DNA of 60,431 nt from assembly GCA_045643965.1 (NCBI GenBank), contig JAZRGB010000042.1:1-60431 (forward strand). Reading direction: 5' to 3'. Below, in pieces: positions 18,738 through 27,674 of the stretch; the stretch's first letter is position 1; each line of letters starts with the position of its first letter. The notes beneath the pieces were generated by a model, which worked only from the letters and a program-made list of their open reading frames with translations, did not search any database and was not told where the DNA came from. Made by a program: the position numbers and the translations under genes. The DNA comes from Candidatus Enterousia sp. Its GTDB lineage: Bacteria; Pseudomonadota; Alphaproteobacteria; Rs-D84.

Positions 18738-18787
18738 TTTAAACCTCTTATTTGCTATTTATCTTTTTATATTCTATCATAAATGAT

Positions 18788-20215
18788 ATGAATATTCAAT
18801 TTTCTGATTTAATTGAAAACGCACCTGCCGCACCTGGCGTATATAAGATGTACGATACAGACGGCAACTTGTTATACGTTGGCAAAGCCAAGAATTTATT
18901 AAATCGTTTGCGTCAGTATATAGATATTTCTAAACTGGAATTACACAAACAAGTTATGCGAACACTTGTTACACGCGTTGACTGGGAAACAGTCGCTACA
19001 GAATCAGACGCATTAATTCGCGAACAAGAATTAATAAAAACAGAAAAACCCAAATATAACATTATGCTGACTGATGGAAAAATGTATCCAATGTTGGCAT
19101 TAACAAACAGCGAATATCCACGTCTTTTAAAATTCCGCGGCAAGATATCACAACGTCGCGATGTCTATGGTCCATACCCATCTGTATCTGCATTAAACGA
19201 AACGATAAAAACAATTCAAAAAGTCTGTCAAATCAGAACATGTACTGATACACAAATGCACAATCGCACACGTCCATGTTTGCTGTATCAAATTGGTCGT
19301 TGCAGTGGTCCATGCTGTTATCCAGACAAACAAAAATACGCAGAAAACGTTCGTACAGCACGAAAAATTTTAACCGGTGACAGCCAACCAATCATCAACG
19401 ACCTAACAGAACAAATGCAACAATACGCAAAAAATACTGATTATGAAAACGCTGCAATAATACGCGACAAAATCGCCGCATTAACACACACTTCAAATCG
19501 CGGTACACGACAAAAACAGCCGTACACATCAAATATTGATTGGAACAAAAACGTATCAGACATGGAACAATGGCTAAAAATAAAAGTGAACCTTGTTGGC
19601 GTATTTGACAACTCTCATCTGTTTGGAAAAAATCCTGTGGGGGCAATGATAACTTTTGGTCATAATGGCTTTGAAAAATCAGGATACAGACATTTTAAAC
19701 TGCACGATAAAACGCGTGCAGGGAATGATATTGCAATGATGTCTGAATTCATAGATCGTGCAATTTCACGTGGTCCAAAATTAGATTTAATAATTGTTGA
19801 TGGCGGTCCTGCCCAATGGAATATTGCAAACCGACGTGCAAATGGCATACCTGTTATCGGTGTAACCAAGGGTGTTGTTCGCGATGGCGACGAACACTTT
19901 ATTATGCCAGACGGCACAGAATATTTTGACATGCCAAAAGACAGCCCATTATTTTTAATGTTGCGTACCGTCCGTGATGAAGCACACAGATTCGTAATCA
20001 CATATCATCGTAACACACGTGCAAAACAAATGACAGCATCTGTATTGGATGAAATTGATGGTATTGGTCCACACAGAAAACGTGCATTACTGCAACATTT
20101 TGGTTCCGTACACGCAATAATGGACGCAGATATAAATGCACTTAGACACGTGCCAGGACTTGGAAAAAACGCAGTAGAAAAAATATATGCCCATTTTCAT
20201 ACAGAAGTGATATAA
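18788..20215 (+). CDS. uvrC: excinuclease ABC subunit C (short form)
   Basis: GIY-YIG motif (GVYKMYD...LLYVGKAKNLLNRLRQY), UVR motif (YENAAIIRDKIAAL), C-terminal (HhH)2 (GIGPHRKRALLQHFGS...VPGLGKNAVEKIY). The ATG at 18788 gives 475 aa. The track start at 18752 is a TTG. Confidence 0.88.
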   Translation: MNIQFSDLIENAPAAPGVYKMYDTDGNLLYVGKAKNLLNRLRQYIDISKLELHKQVMRTLVTRVDWETVATESDALIREQELIKTEKPKYNIMLTDGKMYPMLALTNSEYPRLLKFRGKISQRRDVYGPYPSVSALNETIKTIQKVCQIRTCTDTQMHNRTRPCLLYQIGRCSGPCCYPDKQKYAENVRTARKILTGDSQPIINDLTEQMQQYAKNTDYENAAIIRDKIAALTHTSNRGTRQKQPYTSNIDWNKNVSDMEQWLKIKVNLVGVFDNSHLFGKNPVGAMITFGHNGFEKSGYRHFKLHDKTRAGNDIAMMSEFIDRAISRGPKLDLIIVDGGPAQWNIANRRANGIPVIGVTKGVVRDGDEHFIMPDGTEYFDMPKDSPLFLMLRTVRDEAHRFVITYHRNTRAKQMTASVLDEIDGIGPHRKRALLQHFGSVHAIMDADINALRHVPGLGKNAVEKIYAHFHTEVI

Positions 20216-20254
20216 TATAACTATTCATATATTTATAACAAAAGGAGAAATCAT

Positions 20255-20854
20255 ATGAAATTTTTTGTAAACTTTTTATCTGCTTTCCGTATTTGTGCGG
20301 CATTTGCAATAATCCCTACATTAATGTTAAACATGTATTGGACAACTTTTATATTATATGTATTGGGTGCAGCATCTGATTGGTTTGACGGATTCTTGGC
20401 ACGAAAATATAATGTTTGCACAAAAATCGGTGGTGTCATGGACCACATTGGCGACAAATTATTAGTCGTTAATACATTTATTATGTTGGCAATCATGATG
20501 CCCGTATGGTTTGTTGTTGTTCCTATTATCATTATGATTGGCCGCGAATTGTATATTTCTGGATTACGTGAATTCTTGGGCACACAAAAAATAGAAATGC
20601 CTGTACCAAAAGCACGTTTTTCAATGGGCAAAATCAAAACAACATTACAGATGGTATCAATCGCTGCATTTTTATTAATCTTTGTAGTTGGTACAATCAT
20701 CACTCCAGAATCAGACAGTCGCACATTAATGTATATGATTTACATATTGCCACAGATTGGTATTTGGGGATTGTGGATATCATTAATTGCATCAATTTGG
20801 TCTGCAACACAGTACACCATGACTTTCTTGGGGCATTTAAAGAAAATAAAATAA
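20255..20854 (+). CDS. pgsA: CDP-diacylglycerol--glycerol-3-phosphate 3-phosphatidyltransferase
   Basis: CDP-alcohol phosphatidyltransferase motif DWFDGFLARK...GGVMDHIGDK. Multi-TM protein. RBS aaggaga. Confidence 0.88.
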   Translation: MKFFVNFLSAFRICAAFAIIPTLMLNMYWTTFILYVLGAASDWFDGFLARKYNVCTKIGGVMDHIGDKLLVVNTFIMLAIMMPVWFVVVPIIIMIGRELYISGLREFLGTQKIEMPVPKARFSMGKIKTTLQMVSIAAFLLIFVVGTIITPESDSRTLMYMIYILPQIGIWGLWISLIASIWSATQYTMTFLGHLKKIK

Positions 20855-20867
20855 AACATAAAGAAAT

Positions 20868-20897
20868 AAAAAAACCGCCTATACGGCGGTTTTCTTT
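20868..20897. terminator. bidirectional intrinsic terminator (pgsA / dnaJ)
   Basis: A-run, hairpin ccgcc-tatac-ggcgg, then ttttctttt. Confidence 0.8.
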
Positions 20898-20907
20898 TAT
20901 CAACTAA

Positions 20908-22038
20908 TTAAAACCAAGTTTTTTTATCTGATTTCGTTCCTGCAAATTCATTTAATAATTTCTTTTGTTTATCAGATAATTTTGTTGGGATTTTGATTGC
21001 AACATCGATATACAAATCACCGAAACTGCCACTGCGACGAACAGACGGCATACCGTGTCCACGCACACGTAACTTTTCGCCGACCTGGGTACCTGCTGGA
21101 ATCTTGACTGACAACTTCTTATCATCAATTGTTTCAACTTCTATTTCTCCACCCAATGCCAACGTTGTAAAAGGAACATCGACACGCATAATCAAATCAT
21201 TACCATTACGTTCAAAAACTTTATCTGGTCTGATACGCACATCTAAATAGAAGTCCCCAGCAGGTCCACCATTTGCACCTGCTTCGCCCTGACCTGCCAA
21301 ACGAAGTCTTGCACCATCTTCAATACCCGCAGGTATTTTTACTTCCAAGGTACGTTGTTTATGTTGCGTGCCAGTACCATCACATTCAGAACACTTTTTA
21401 CTAATTTTACGTCCCAACCCATTACATTCCGGGCACGGTTCTTCTGTAACAAAAAATCCCTGACGTGTCTGAACATATCCACTGCCACCACATCTACTGC
21501 ACACTGGTGCTGGCTTACCATCATCTGTTCCATTACCATGACACTTTTCACACACTACATTACTTGAAAATTTAACAGTATGCGTCTTGCCAAAGAAAGC
21601 ATCTTTTAAATCAATAACAACCTCGTCCAATAAATCACGTCCACCGCGTTGTGGTGCACCACGTTGCGGTCCACCGCCAAATCCGCCACCGAATCCGAAA
21701 CCACGCATTGCTTCACGCAAAATATCTTCCATACCGGCACCGCCCCCCATATCAAAATGGAACGCACCATTACCAAACGGATTTCCACCAAATCCAGCCC
21801 CAGACGCATTTCCTCCTGCAAATGCAGCATCACCAAATCTGTCATACGCGGCACGCTTTTGCGGATCTTTTAAAATATCAAAAGCATTATTAACTTCTTT
21901 GAACTTTTCTTCTGCTTCTTTGTTATCAGGATTTCTATCTGGATGATACTTCATAACCAGTTTATGGTACGCTTTTTTAATATCTGCATCGGACGCATCA
22001 CGTGCAACCCCAAGTACTTCATACGGATTTTTATTCAT
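20908..22038 (-). CDS. dnaJ: molecular chaperone DnaJ (type I)
   Basis: J-domain with HPDRN, a G/F-rich linker, and four CxxCxGxG zinc motifs ([32 protein letters not shown]). Start at ATG 22038 ([11 protein letters not shown]...). Confidence 0.93.
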   Translation of the reverse strand: MNKNPYEVLGVARDASDADIKKAYHKLVMKYHPDRNPDNKEAEEKFKEVNNAFDILKDPQKRAAYDRFGDAAFAGGNASGAGFGGNPFGNGAFHFDMGGGAGMEDILREAMRGFGFGGGFGGGPQRGAPQRGGRDLLDEVVIDLKDAFFGKTHTVKFSSNVVCEKCHGNGTDDGKPAPVCSRCGGSGYVQTRQGFFVTEEPCPECNGLGRKISKKCSECDGTGTQHKQRTLEVKIPAGIEDGARLRLAGQGEAGANGGPAGDFYLDVRIRPDKVFERNGNDLIMRVDVPFTTLALGGEIEVETIDDKKLSVKIPAGTQVGEKLRVRGHGMPSVRRSGSFGDLYIDVAIKIPTKLSDKQKKLLNEFAGTKSDKKTWF

Positions 22039-22072
22039 TTTATAATTCCATGGTAAATTTATCGTTACCAAA

Positions 22073-22100
22073 TATATAAGACAGCAATAAAAAAAATCAA
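22073..22100 (-). promoter_or_regulatory. candidate RpoH (sigma32)-type heat-shock promoter for dnaJ
   Basis: The minus strand reads CTTG, 17 nt, CTTATAT. This matches the alphaproteobacterial sigma32 consensus CTTG-N17-CYTATNT as I recall it. It lies ~35 nt upstream of the dnaJ ATG. Confidence 0.4.
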
Positions 22101-22175
22101 GTCCATAAATTATCATTAGGCTTAAATTCTTTGGGCTTGCGAAAATTTAAAAAATGTTATAATAATAGTGTTGCT

Positions 22176-24155
22176 ATGACAGATAAAAATATAAACACAT
22201 ATGGTGCAGCCGACATTCAGGTTCTAGAAGGTTTGGAACCTGTTCGCTTGCGTCCTGGAATGTATATTGGTGGCACAGATGAAAAGGCGTGGCACCACCT
22301 ACCTATTGAAATTATGGACAACTCTATTGACGAAGCCGTTGCCGGTTTTGCCAAGAAGATTACAGTACATTTAATTGATTCTAAGACCATTGAAATAACG
22401 GACGATGGCCGTGGTATTCCTGTGGACGAACACCCAAAATACCCTGGCAAATCCGCTTTGGAAGTAATATTGACCACACTGCATTCTGGTGGTAAATTCA
22501 ATAATAATGTTTATAAAACCAGTGGTGGTTTGCACGGTGTTGGTTCCGCTGTTGTAAATGCACTATCATCAGAAATGATTGTTGATATTGCACGCGATGG
22601 ATACAACTGGCATCAGACATTTTCACGCGGTCTGCCAACCAGTTCAATGCAACGTATGGACGCAACCAAGGCACACGGAACAAAAATTCGTTTTACAATT
22701 GATGATGAAATCTTTGGTGCAAACGCTGTATTTAAACCAATTAAGATTTATCGCATGGCCCGTGCCAAGGCATTTTTATCACGCGGCATAAAAATTGACT
22801 GGCAATGCAATCCAGATTTATTAACCGAAGATATGAACATTCCTGCAACTAAAACTTTCCATTATCCAAATGGTGTTGCAGATTTCTTGGCCGAAAAAAC
22901 AGATTCAAAACCACGCATTTTACCACGTATATTCAGTGGCAGCGTTGATTTTCCAGACGACAGTGGTCGTGTAGAATGGGCATTAACATTTTTAACAGAT
23001 GAAAATGGTGCCGCATCTGATGATGGATTCTTTTCATCTTATTGCAACACAATCGCAACAATTGATGGTGGCACACATGAAACCGGCTTTAAATCCGCAA
23101 TAACCAAGGGGATTAAAGCATATGGCGAAAAGGTAAACAACAAAGCAGCATCAACAATAATTGGCGAAGACGTATTTGATTCTGTTGCTGCAATTGTATC
23201 CGTGTTTTACAAAACACCACAGTTTTTAGGTCAAACCAAGGAAAAATTATCAAATCCTGAAATTGCACGATATACAGAAAACGCATTACGTGATCCATGG
23301 GAAATGTTCTTGGCATCTGACCCAAAGACTGCAAACGCATTGTTAGATTTTGTAATCAACCTTGCAAATGCACGTATCAAAACAAAACAAGTCAAGGACG
23401 TTGCACGCAAAACACCAACAAAAAGAATTCGCATGCCTGCAAAATTGGCCGATTGTTCAAAACACGGTATTGCCGGCACAGAATTATTTATCGTAGAAGG
23501 AGAATCTGCTGGTGGTACCGCAAAGCAGGCACGCGACCGTGCAACCCAAGCAATTATGCCATTACGTGGCAAGGTTTTAAATGTTATATCAAATTCAGAT
23601 GAACGCTTTGGTGCAAACAAAGAATTAAATGAACTGATTGATATTATCGGTGCCGGCACTGCCAAAGACTGGAACGAAGACAAACTGCGTTATGAAAAAA
23701 TTATCGTCATGACCGATGCTGACGTTGACGGCAGTCATATTGCATCATTGTTGATGGCGTTCTTTTATCAATACATGCCACAATTAATATATGGCGGTCA
23801 CCTGTATTTATCTTGTCCACCATTATATAAACTGACATGTGGCACAGAATCTATCTATGTTGACAGTGACGAAGAACTCGAAAATCTGAAAGCAACAAAA
23901 TACAAAAACAAACGCGTTGAAATTTCTCGATTCAAAGGGTTGGGCGAAATGATGCCAAACCAGTTAAAAGAAACAACAATGTCACCAAAGACACGTCGTT
24001 TAATCCGTGTTGACCTGCCGCCACGTACAGACGAAGGTGCCGAAGACACAGAAAAAACACGAACTATTGTTTCAGAGTTGATGGGCAAAAAACCAGAATT
24101 TAGATTTAAATTCATAACGGAACACGCCCAATTTGTAAAAGATTTATTTGTATAA
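22176..24155 (+). CDS. parE: DNA topoisomerase IV subunit B
   Basis: GHKL ATPase N-terminus (GLEPVRLRPGMYIGGT), Toprim motifs EGESAGG and DADVDGSHI. At 659 aa it is ParE-sized and lacks the long GyrB insertion. ATG at 22176. Confidence 0.85.
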   Translation: MTDKNINTYGAADIQVLEGLEPVRLRPGMYIGGTDEKAWHHLPIEIMDNSIDEAVAGFAKKITVHLIDSKTIEITDDGRGIPVDEHPKYPGKSALEVILTTLHSGGKFNNNVYKTSGGLHGVGSAVVNALSSEMIVDIARDGYNWHQTFSRGLPTSSMQRMDATKAHGTKIRFTIDDEIFGANAVFKPIKIYRMARAKAFLSRGIKIDWQCNPDLLTEDMNIPATKTFHYPNGVADFLAEKTDSKPRILPRIFSGSVDFPDDSGRVEWALTFLTDENGAASDDGFFSSYCNTIATIDGGTHETGFKSAITKGIKAYGEKVNNKAASTIIGEDVFDSVAAIVSVFYKTPQFLGQTKEKLSNPEIARYTENALRDPWEMFLASDPKTANALLDFVINLANARIKTKQVKDVARKTPTKRIRMPAKLADCSKHGIAGTELFIVEGESAGGTAKQARDRATQAIMPLRGKVLNVISNSDERFGANKELNELIDIIGAGTAKDWNEDKLRYEKIIVMTDADVDGSHIASLLMAFFYQYMPQLIYGGHLYLSCPPLYKLTCGTESIYVDSDEELENLKATKYKNKRVEISRFKGLGEMMPNQLKETTMSPKTRRLIRVDLPPRTDEGAEDTEKTRTIVSELMGKKPEFRFKFITEHAQFVKDLFV

Positions 24156-24182
24156 AAAAACGGATATTTTATCCGTTTTTTC
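24155..24182 (+). terminator. intrinsic terminator after parE
   Basis: A-run, hairpin cggat-atttt-atccg, then tttttt. Confidence 0.75.
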
Positions 24183-24193
24183 TTTCCTAATGC

Positions 24194-24221
24194 TTGACAG
24201 TCTTATTTTTTATACTATATT
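24194..24221 (+). promoter_or_regulatory. near-consensus sigma70 promoter
   Basis: TTGACA (24194-24199), 16 bp, TATATT (24216-24221), ~30 nt upstream of the ATG at 24252. Confidence 0.5.
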
Positions 24222-24251
24222 TTCGTTCGGACAAAAAAATAGAAATATAAA

Positions 24252-24692
24252 ATGATAAACAATATACCAGACGGTCACATTAGTAAAAAAAAGAAAAATA
24301 CATACACTGTCACACTTAGTCTGATGATAAATATGGACTTATTTTCCGCATGCAAATACACACCAATCGCATTGATAATGGTAAACGGAAAAAAACAGAT
24401 GAATCAATCTGGCTGGATAAAATCCCGCGAATTTCCAAATCCCTGTGCCAACGAAATGGCAAAAAACCACAAGGCAACGGTTGATAAAATGGGACCAAAA
24501 ATCGCAACAACAATTATCGAATATCTGGACAAAGAAACAAATAAACCCGTTGTTCAATTATATCCAGAATCAATATATATATTCCCTGAATATGGTGCAG
24601 AATATAAATCACATCTGAATCATGCCACGCGTCGAGATTTGAACAAAGAAATCGAAAAACGCATGCGTTTGCTAAACACAATTAGCCGATAG
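24252..24692 (+). CDS. hypothetical protein
   Basis: 146-aa ORF downstream of a strong promoter. I recognise no motif. No clear SD sequence, and alternative starts exist at 24324 and 24333. Confidence 0.45.
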   Translation: MINNIPDGHISKKKKNTYTVTLSLMINMDLFSACKYTPIALIMVNGKKQMNQSGWIKSREFPNPCANEMAKNHKATVDKMGPKIATTIIEYLDKETNKPVVQLYPESIYIFPEYGAEYKSHLNHATRRDLNKEIEKRMRLLNTISR

Positions 24693-24694
24693 AA

Positions 24695-24790
24695 AAATAA
24701 ATTAGAACAGTTTAGATAAAAAAAGTGCCGGCAATGTAGTGTACATGACGCTACATGAATTGCCGACACCGCTTTTAGATGAATTATTAT
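24695..24790. repeat. palindromic repeat element, copy B (right end truncated)
   Basis: Left end aaataaattagaacagtttagataaaa. Central hairpin gtgccggcaat-gtag...ctac-attgccgacac (one mismatch). Right arm ttttagatgaattattat, but the taatttattt terminus is missing. Confidence 0.85.
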
Positions 24791-24802
24791 CAGCAGATTA
24801 AA

Positions 24803-24906
24803 AAATAAATTAGAATGATTTAGATAAAAGTAGTGCCGGCAATGTAGTGTACAGAAGTTACATAAATTGCCGGCACCGCTTTTAGATGAATTATTATAAT
24901 TTATTT
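24803..24906. repeat. palindromic repeat element, copy C (complete)
   Basis: aaataaattagaatgatttagataaaa ... gtgccggcaat / attgccggcac (perfect 11-bp stem) ... ttttagatgaattattataatttattt. The arms are nearly identical to copy A. Ends 1 nt before the secretin stop codon. Confidence 0.85.
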
Positions 24907-26535
24907 TTAGTTCAGTGGTGCACCCCAATGCTGCTGTATAGTTCTTTCTGTATCCATTGGACTAATCAGTACTTGTGGAGTCAAGATAACAACCAAAACT
25001 TCACGACTTGCAGCAGATTCACGCGAACCAGACAATGCCATAAAGTCAGGATCACCCAAGCCATAACGCGTATCTTCGTTCTTTTGCTTTTCAAATCCAG
25101 ATACCACCAACATTTGACCAGATTCCATAATAACTTCTTGCATAAAGCTACGTTCTTCTACTTCTGGCAATTGCAATGTAACTTCACCGATTGTCTGTGT
25201 GGACATACGCAACAATTCACGAACAGACATACGGAACAACAGCAAGATACGACCATTTTCTAAAACATTTGGCAACAATTGCATTGTAAAGCCTGTTTCC
25301 AAATCATCTTGGTCAACGGTACTTGATTCAACAGTTGTAAAGTTTCTTGATTCGAAACGTTTGATATACCCTGTTGTACGTGTATTGCTGACCGGTGCAA
25401 CACGATTTGAACGTGTTGTAACACCAACATTTGTTACCAACGATACCTTGCCCTGCTTTGCCAAAGATTGAATCAACGCATTTGATCCTGCCGCACCCGA
25501 CAAAGAACCATTCATAATATCATTTTGTGTATACGCACCTTCAACAACTGTACCACCTTCGGTATGTGTCGCACCTGTCAATGCAGATACAGCATTTGAT
25601 AATACTGCGATATTCATTGAACTTGCTTCTGTAGATGCCAAGTTATTTTTTGGGTTCGCAACAATATTCAAACCAGCTGTTGAATTAATCGCGGCCGCCA
25701 AATTCAATCCGAACGCAGAATCATTAGAAATTGTCACTTGCAAAACTTTTACATCAATTGTAATTAACTGTGACAATCTTTTGTTTTGGCGTTCGATATA
25801 TTCACCCACACGTGCCAATACTGATGGCGATGCCGTAACAGTAATTGTTCCCAAACTGCGAGAAACAGTAAAATCAGCATTATCACTGTTCCCAATAATA
25901 GAAGAAATTGCTTTTTCTACTTCATCCCATTCTTTTAATGTAGATTCCAAAGAAACTTCATTTGAATCATCTGTTGATACAGATGTCTGGTATGCAACTT
26001 CTGTTCCCAATGCATACAATGTAAATGTCTTGGTTTCTGTTTCATAGAAAACGATTGAACTTTTATCATAATACCACAACAAATCTAAATCAGTTGCAAC
26101 CTGTGACAACAGGCCAGACAATTTTCCAGTATATGCAACATTAACCAACTTTTTCAATTTTTCTGCAGAAATTTGCCCATCGATTTTAACTGGAATACCA
26201 GTCACAGAATAAATGTCATTTGCCAAAACCTGTAATGACACTGGTTCATTTAATAAAATTGTAACACCTGAATCCGTTTCAAACGCAGATGGCAAATTAT
26301 TACGATGTTCCAACACAACAGATTTATTACCCAGCCAGACACCTTCGGACATAGAAACAGTATCACCCGTTGCAACCTTGGCCCGTGGATTTTTTGCCAT
26401 TTCAAAGGCATCATACGCATTAATAAAATCTTGATCAACAGATGCCGCAACCTTGGCAGATTCTTTGGTTGCACAGCCATTTAAACCCGCTAGCACCAAA
26501 GCACACATTGCAAATATTTTTACTGGCTTTATCAT
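24907..26535 (-). CDS. lipoprotein secretin, type IVb pilus class (PilN/BfpB/TcpC-like)
   Basis: 542 aa. Lipobox LAGLNGC. Secretin C-domain features (...LLPNVLENGRILLLFRMSV...VVSGFEKQ...) and a C-terminal ...REVLVVILTPQVLISP tail resembling the secretin ELLIFITP motif. Confidence 0.7.
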   Translation of the reverse strand: MIKPVKIFAMCALVLAGLNGCATKESAKVAASVDQDFINAYDAFEMAKNPRAKVATGDTVSMSEGVWLGNKSVVLEHRNNLPSAFETDSGVTILLNEPVSLQVLANDIYSVTGIPVKIDGQISAEKLKKLVNVAYTGKLSGLLSQVATDLDLLWYYDKSSIVFYETETKTFTLYALGTEVAYQTSVSTDDSNEVSLESTLKEWDEVEKAISSIIGNSDNADFTVSRSLGTITVTASPSVLARVGEYIERQNKRLSQLITIDVKVLQVTISNDSAFGLNLAAAINSTAGLNIVANPKNNLASTEASSMNIAVLSNAVSALTGATHTEGGTVVEGAYTQNDIMNGSLSGAAGSNALIQSLAKQGKVSLVTNVGVTTRSNRVAPVSNTRTTGYIKRFESRNFTTVESSTVDQDDLETGFTMQLLPNVLENGRILLLFRMSVRELLRMSTQTIGEVTLQLPEVEERSFMQEVIMESGQMLVVSGFEKQKNEDTRYGLGDPDFMALSGSRESAASREVLVVILTPQVLISPMDTERTIQQHWGAPLN

Positions 26536-26567
26536 ATTTATATTCTCCTACGGCATACGATATTTAA

Positions 26568-27488
26568 TTATTCTTCTGTTGTTGTAATTAACAAAACTCT
26601 ATTTCCCTTATAGAACTTTGCATAAGGAACTGGTGTTGCACGACCAAAGTTACGAACCAATGCAGACGCAACGTCAACAAAACGACCTTTGAATACTGCA
26701 CTGGCTTCGATTGGATATTCACGAGATGTCGCCCAAACCAAATCCCAACCTTCTTTATTGCACCAGTTCTGCAAAACTTCACGCAATGTCTGACCATTTG
26801 CAACAACCCAAGAACGAACCTGATCTGTTACAACAGCCGGTGCTTCAGCATCTGCAGATTCAGCAACTTCAATTTCAGTTTCCTCTTCTTCTACTTTTGT
26901 ATCTTCTGTAACATTTTCAACTTTCATACCCATTTTAACTGCGAACGCTTCATAACCATCTGCATATTTACCACAGTTCTTACGACCACTGCGAGACACA
27001 GTCAAAACATTACCACCATCATCTTCTAAGACTTCACGATCCAACAATGGCATTTCTGATTCGTCGTTACATTCATCTCCGAATCCAACAGGAATCTGGG
27101 TACCATACAACATATTTGCACCACCAGACCATTCATCACCACGCGCACCCAAATTGAAATTATTTTCAACGACTAAATCTGTACCAATTTTTGAAACGAT
27201 ACGAATATTATCACTTTGCTTTTTCTTGGATGCAACACCACCTGTACAAGACACTTCAACATCCGCTTCAGACCCAGCCAATGGCCATGCAGGAATTTCA
27301 CTGTACGTTTCAACTGTTTCAACAACATCATAGGTTGTTGTATCAACCTGTTCCCACTGTCCTTCGTCAACGATTTTTTCTTGTTCATAAAAAACCTCTG
27401 ACGTGACGACTTGTGGCAGATTTTCCGCAGCAAAACAATAGCCCGCAGCGGTTGCAAACATTGCACAAATTAAGATTTTGCGAAACAT
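26568..27488 (-). CDS. secreted protein with C-terminal TcpQ/PilL-like domain (candidate secretin partner or pilotin)
   Basis: 306 aa. Signal peptide MFRKILICAMFATAAGYCFA, an acidic middle segment (EEEETEIEVAESADAE), and a C-terminus W.VANGQTLREVLQNWCNKEGWDLVW...FKGRF..A...L that fits the recalled TcpQ-domain pattern. Sits 32 nt upstream of the secretin. Confidence 0.55.
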   Translation of the reverse strand: MFRKILICAMFATAAGYCFAAENLPQVVTSEVFYEQEKIVDEGQWEQVDTTTYDVVETVETYSEIPAWPLAGSEADVEVSCTGGVASKKKQSDNIRIVSKIGTDLVVENNFNLGARGDEWSGGANMLYGTQIPVGFGDECNDESEMPLLDREVLEDDGGNVLTVSRSGRKNCGKYADGYEAFAVKMGMKVENVTEDTKVEEEETEIEVAESADAEAPAVVTDQVRSWVVANGQTLREVLQNWCNKEGWDLVWATSREYPIEASAVFKGRFVDVASALVRNFGRATPVPYAKFYKGNRVLLITTTEE

Positions 27489-27524
27489 ACTAAGACTTCC
27501 TTTCCCTAAAATATTCCTTTAATT

Positions 27525-27543
27525 AATTGTTATTATAACAATT
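27525..27543. promoter_or_regulatory. perfect 19-bp palindrome (9-1-9), candidate operator in a divergent promoter region
   Basis: aattgttat-t-ataacaatt lies between the tcpQ-like/secretin operon (-) and the ORF-sufBC operon (+). TTGACC overlaps its right edge (27543-27548). Confidence 0.45.
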
Positions 27544-27674
27544 TGACCGAATCTGTGCAAGACCTAAAACACACTAAATATAACTAAAAACATATATTCC
27601 AATATAAAATCGCACGAATCGCAAAAAGATGCTATACTATCCTCGAAAAACATTAACTTTATAGGGGTATATTC

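Noticed and set aside
21587-21946. Pro-rich 119-aa ORF, and several others at 21339-21893
   Set aside because: These are mirror frames of the Gly/Phe-rich and zinc-finger regions of dnaJ, so they are compositional artefacts.
22176-24155. Calling this type IIA topoisomerase B subunit gyrB
   Set aside because: Its length of 659 aa lacks the ~170-aa insertion and extension typical of proteobacterial GyrB, so parE is the better call. Phylogeny would settle it.
24695-24906. Possible mini-CRISPR array (two ~100-bp repeats in tandem)
   Set aside because: There are only two copies. The repeats are far longer than CRISPR repeats, are themselves long palindromes, and the intervening sequence is ~12 bp. 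A third copy occurs singly at 12600. No cas genes are present.
24620-24928. 102-aa minus-strand ORF spanning both tandem palindromic elements
   Set aside because: Its repeated peptide segments simply mirror the DNA repeats. It overlaps the ends of two better-supported genes.
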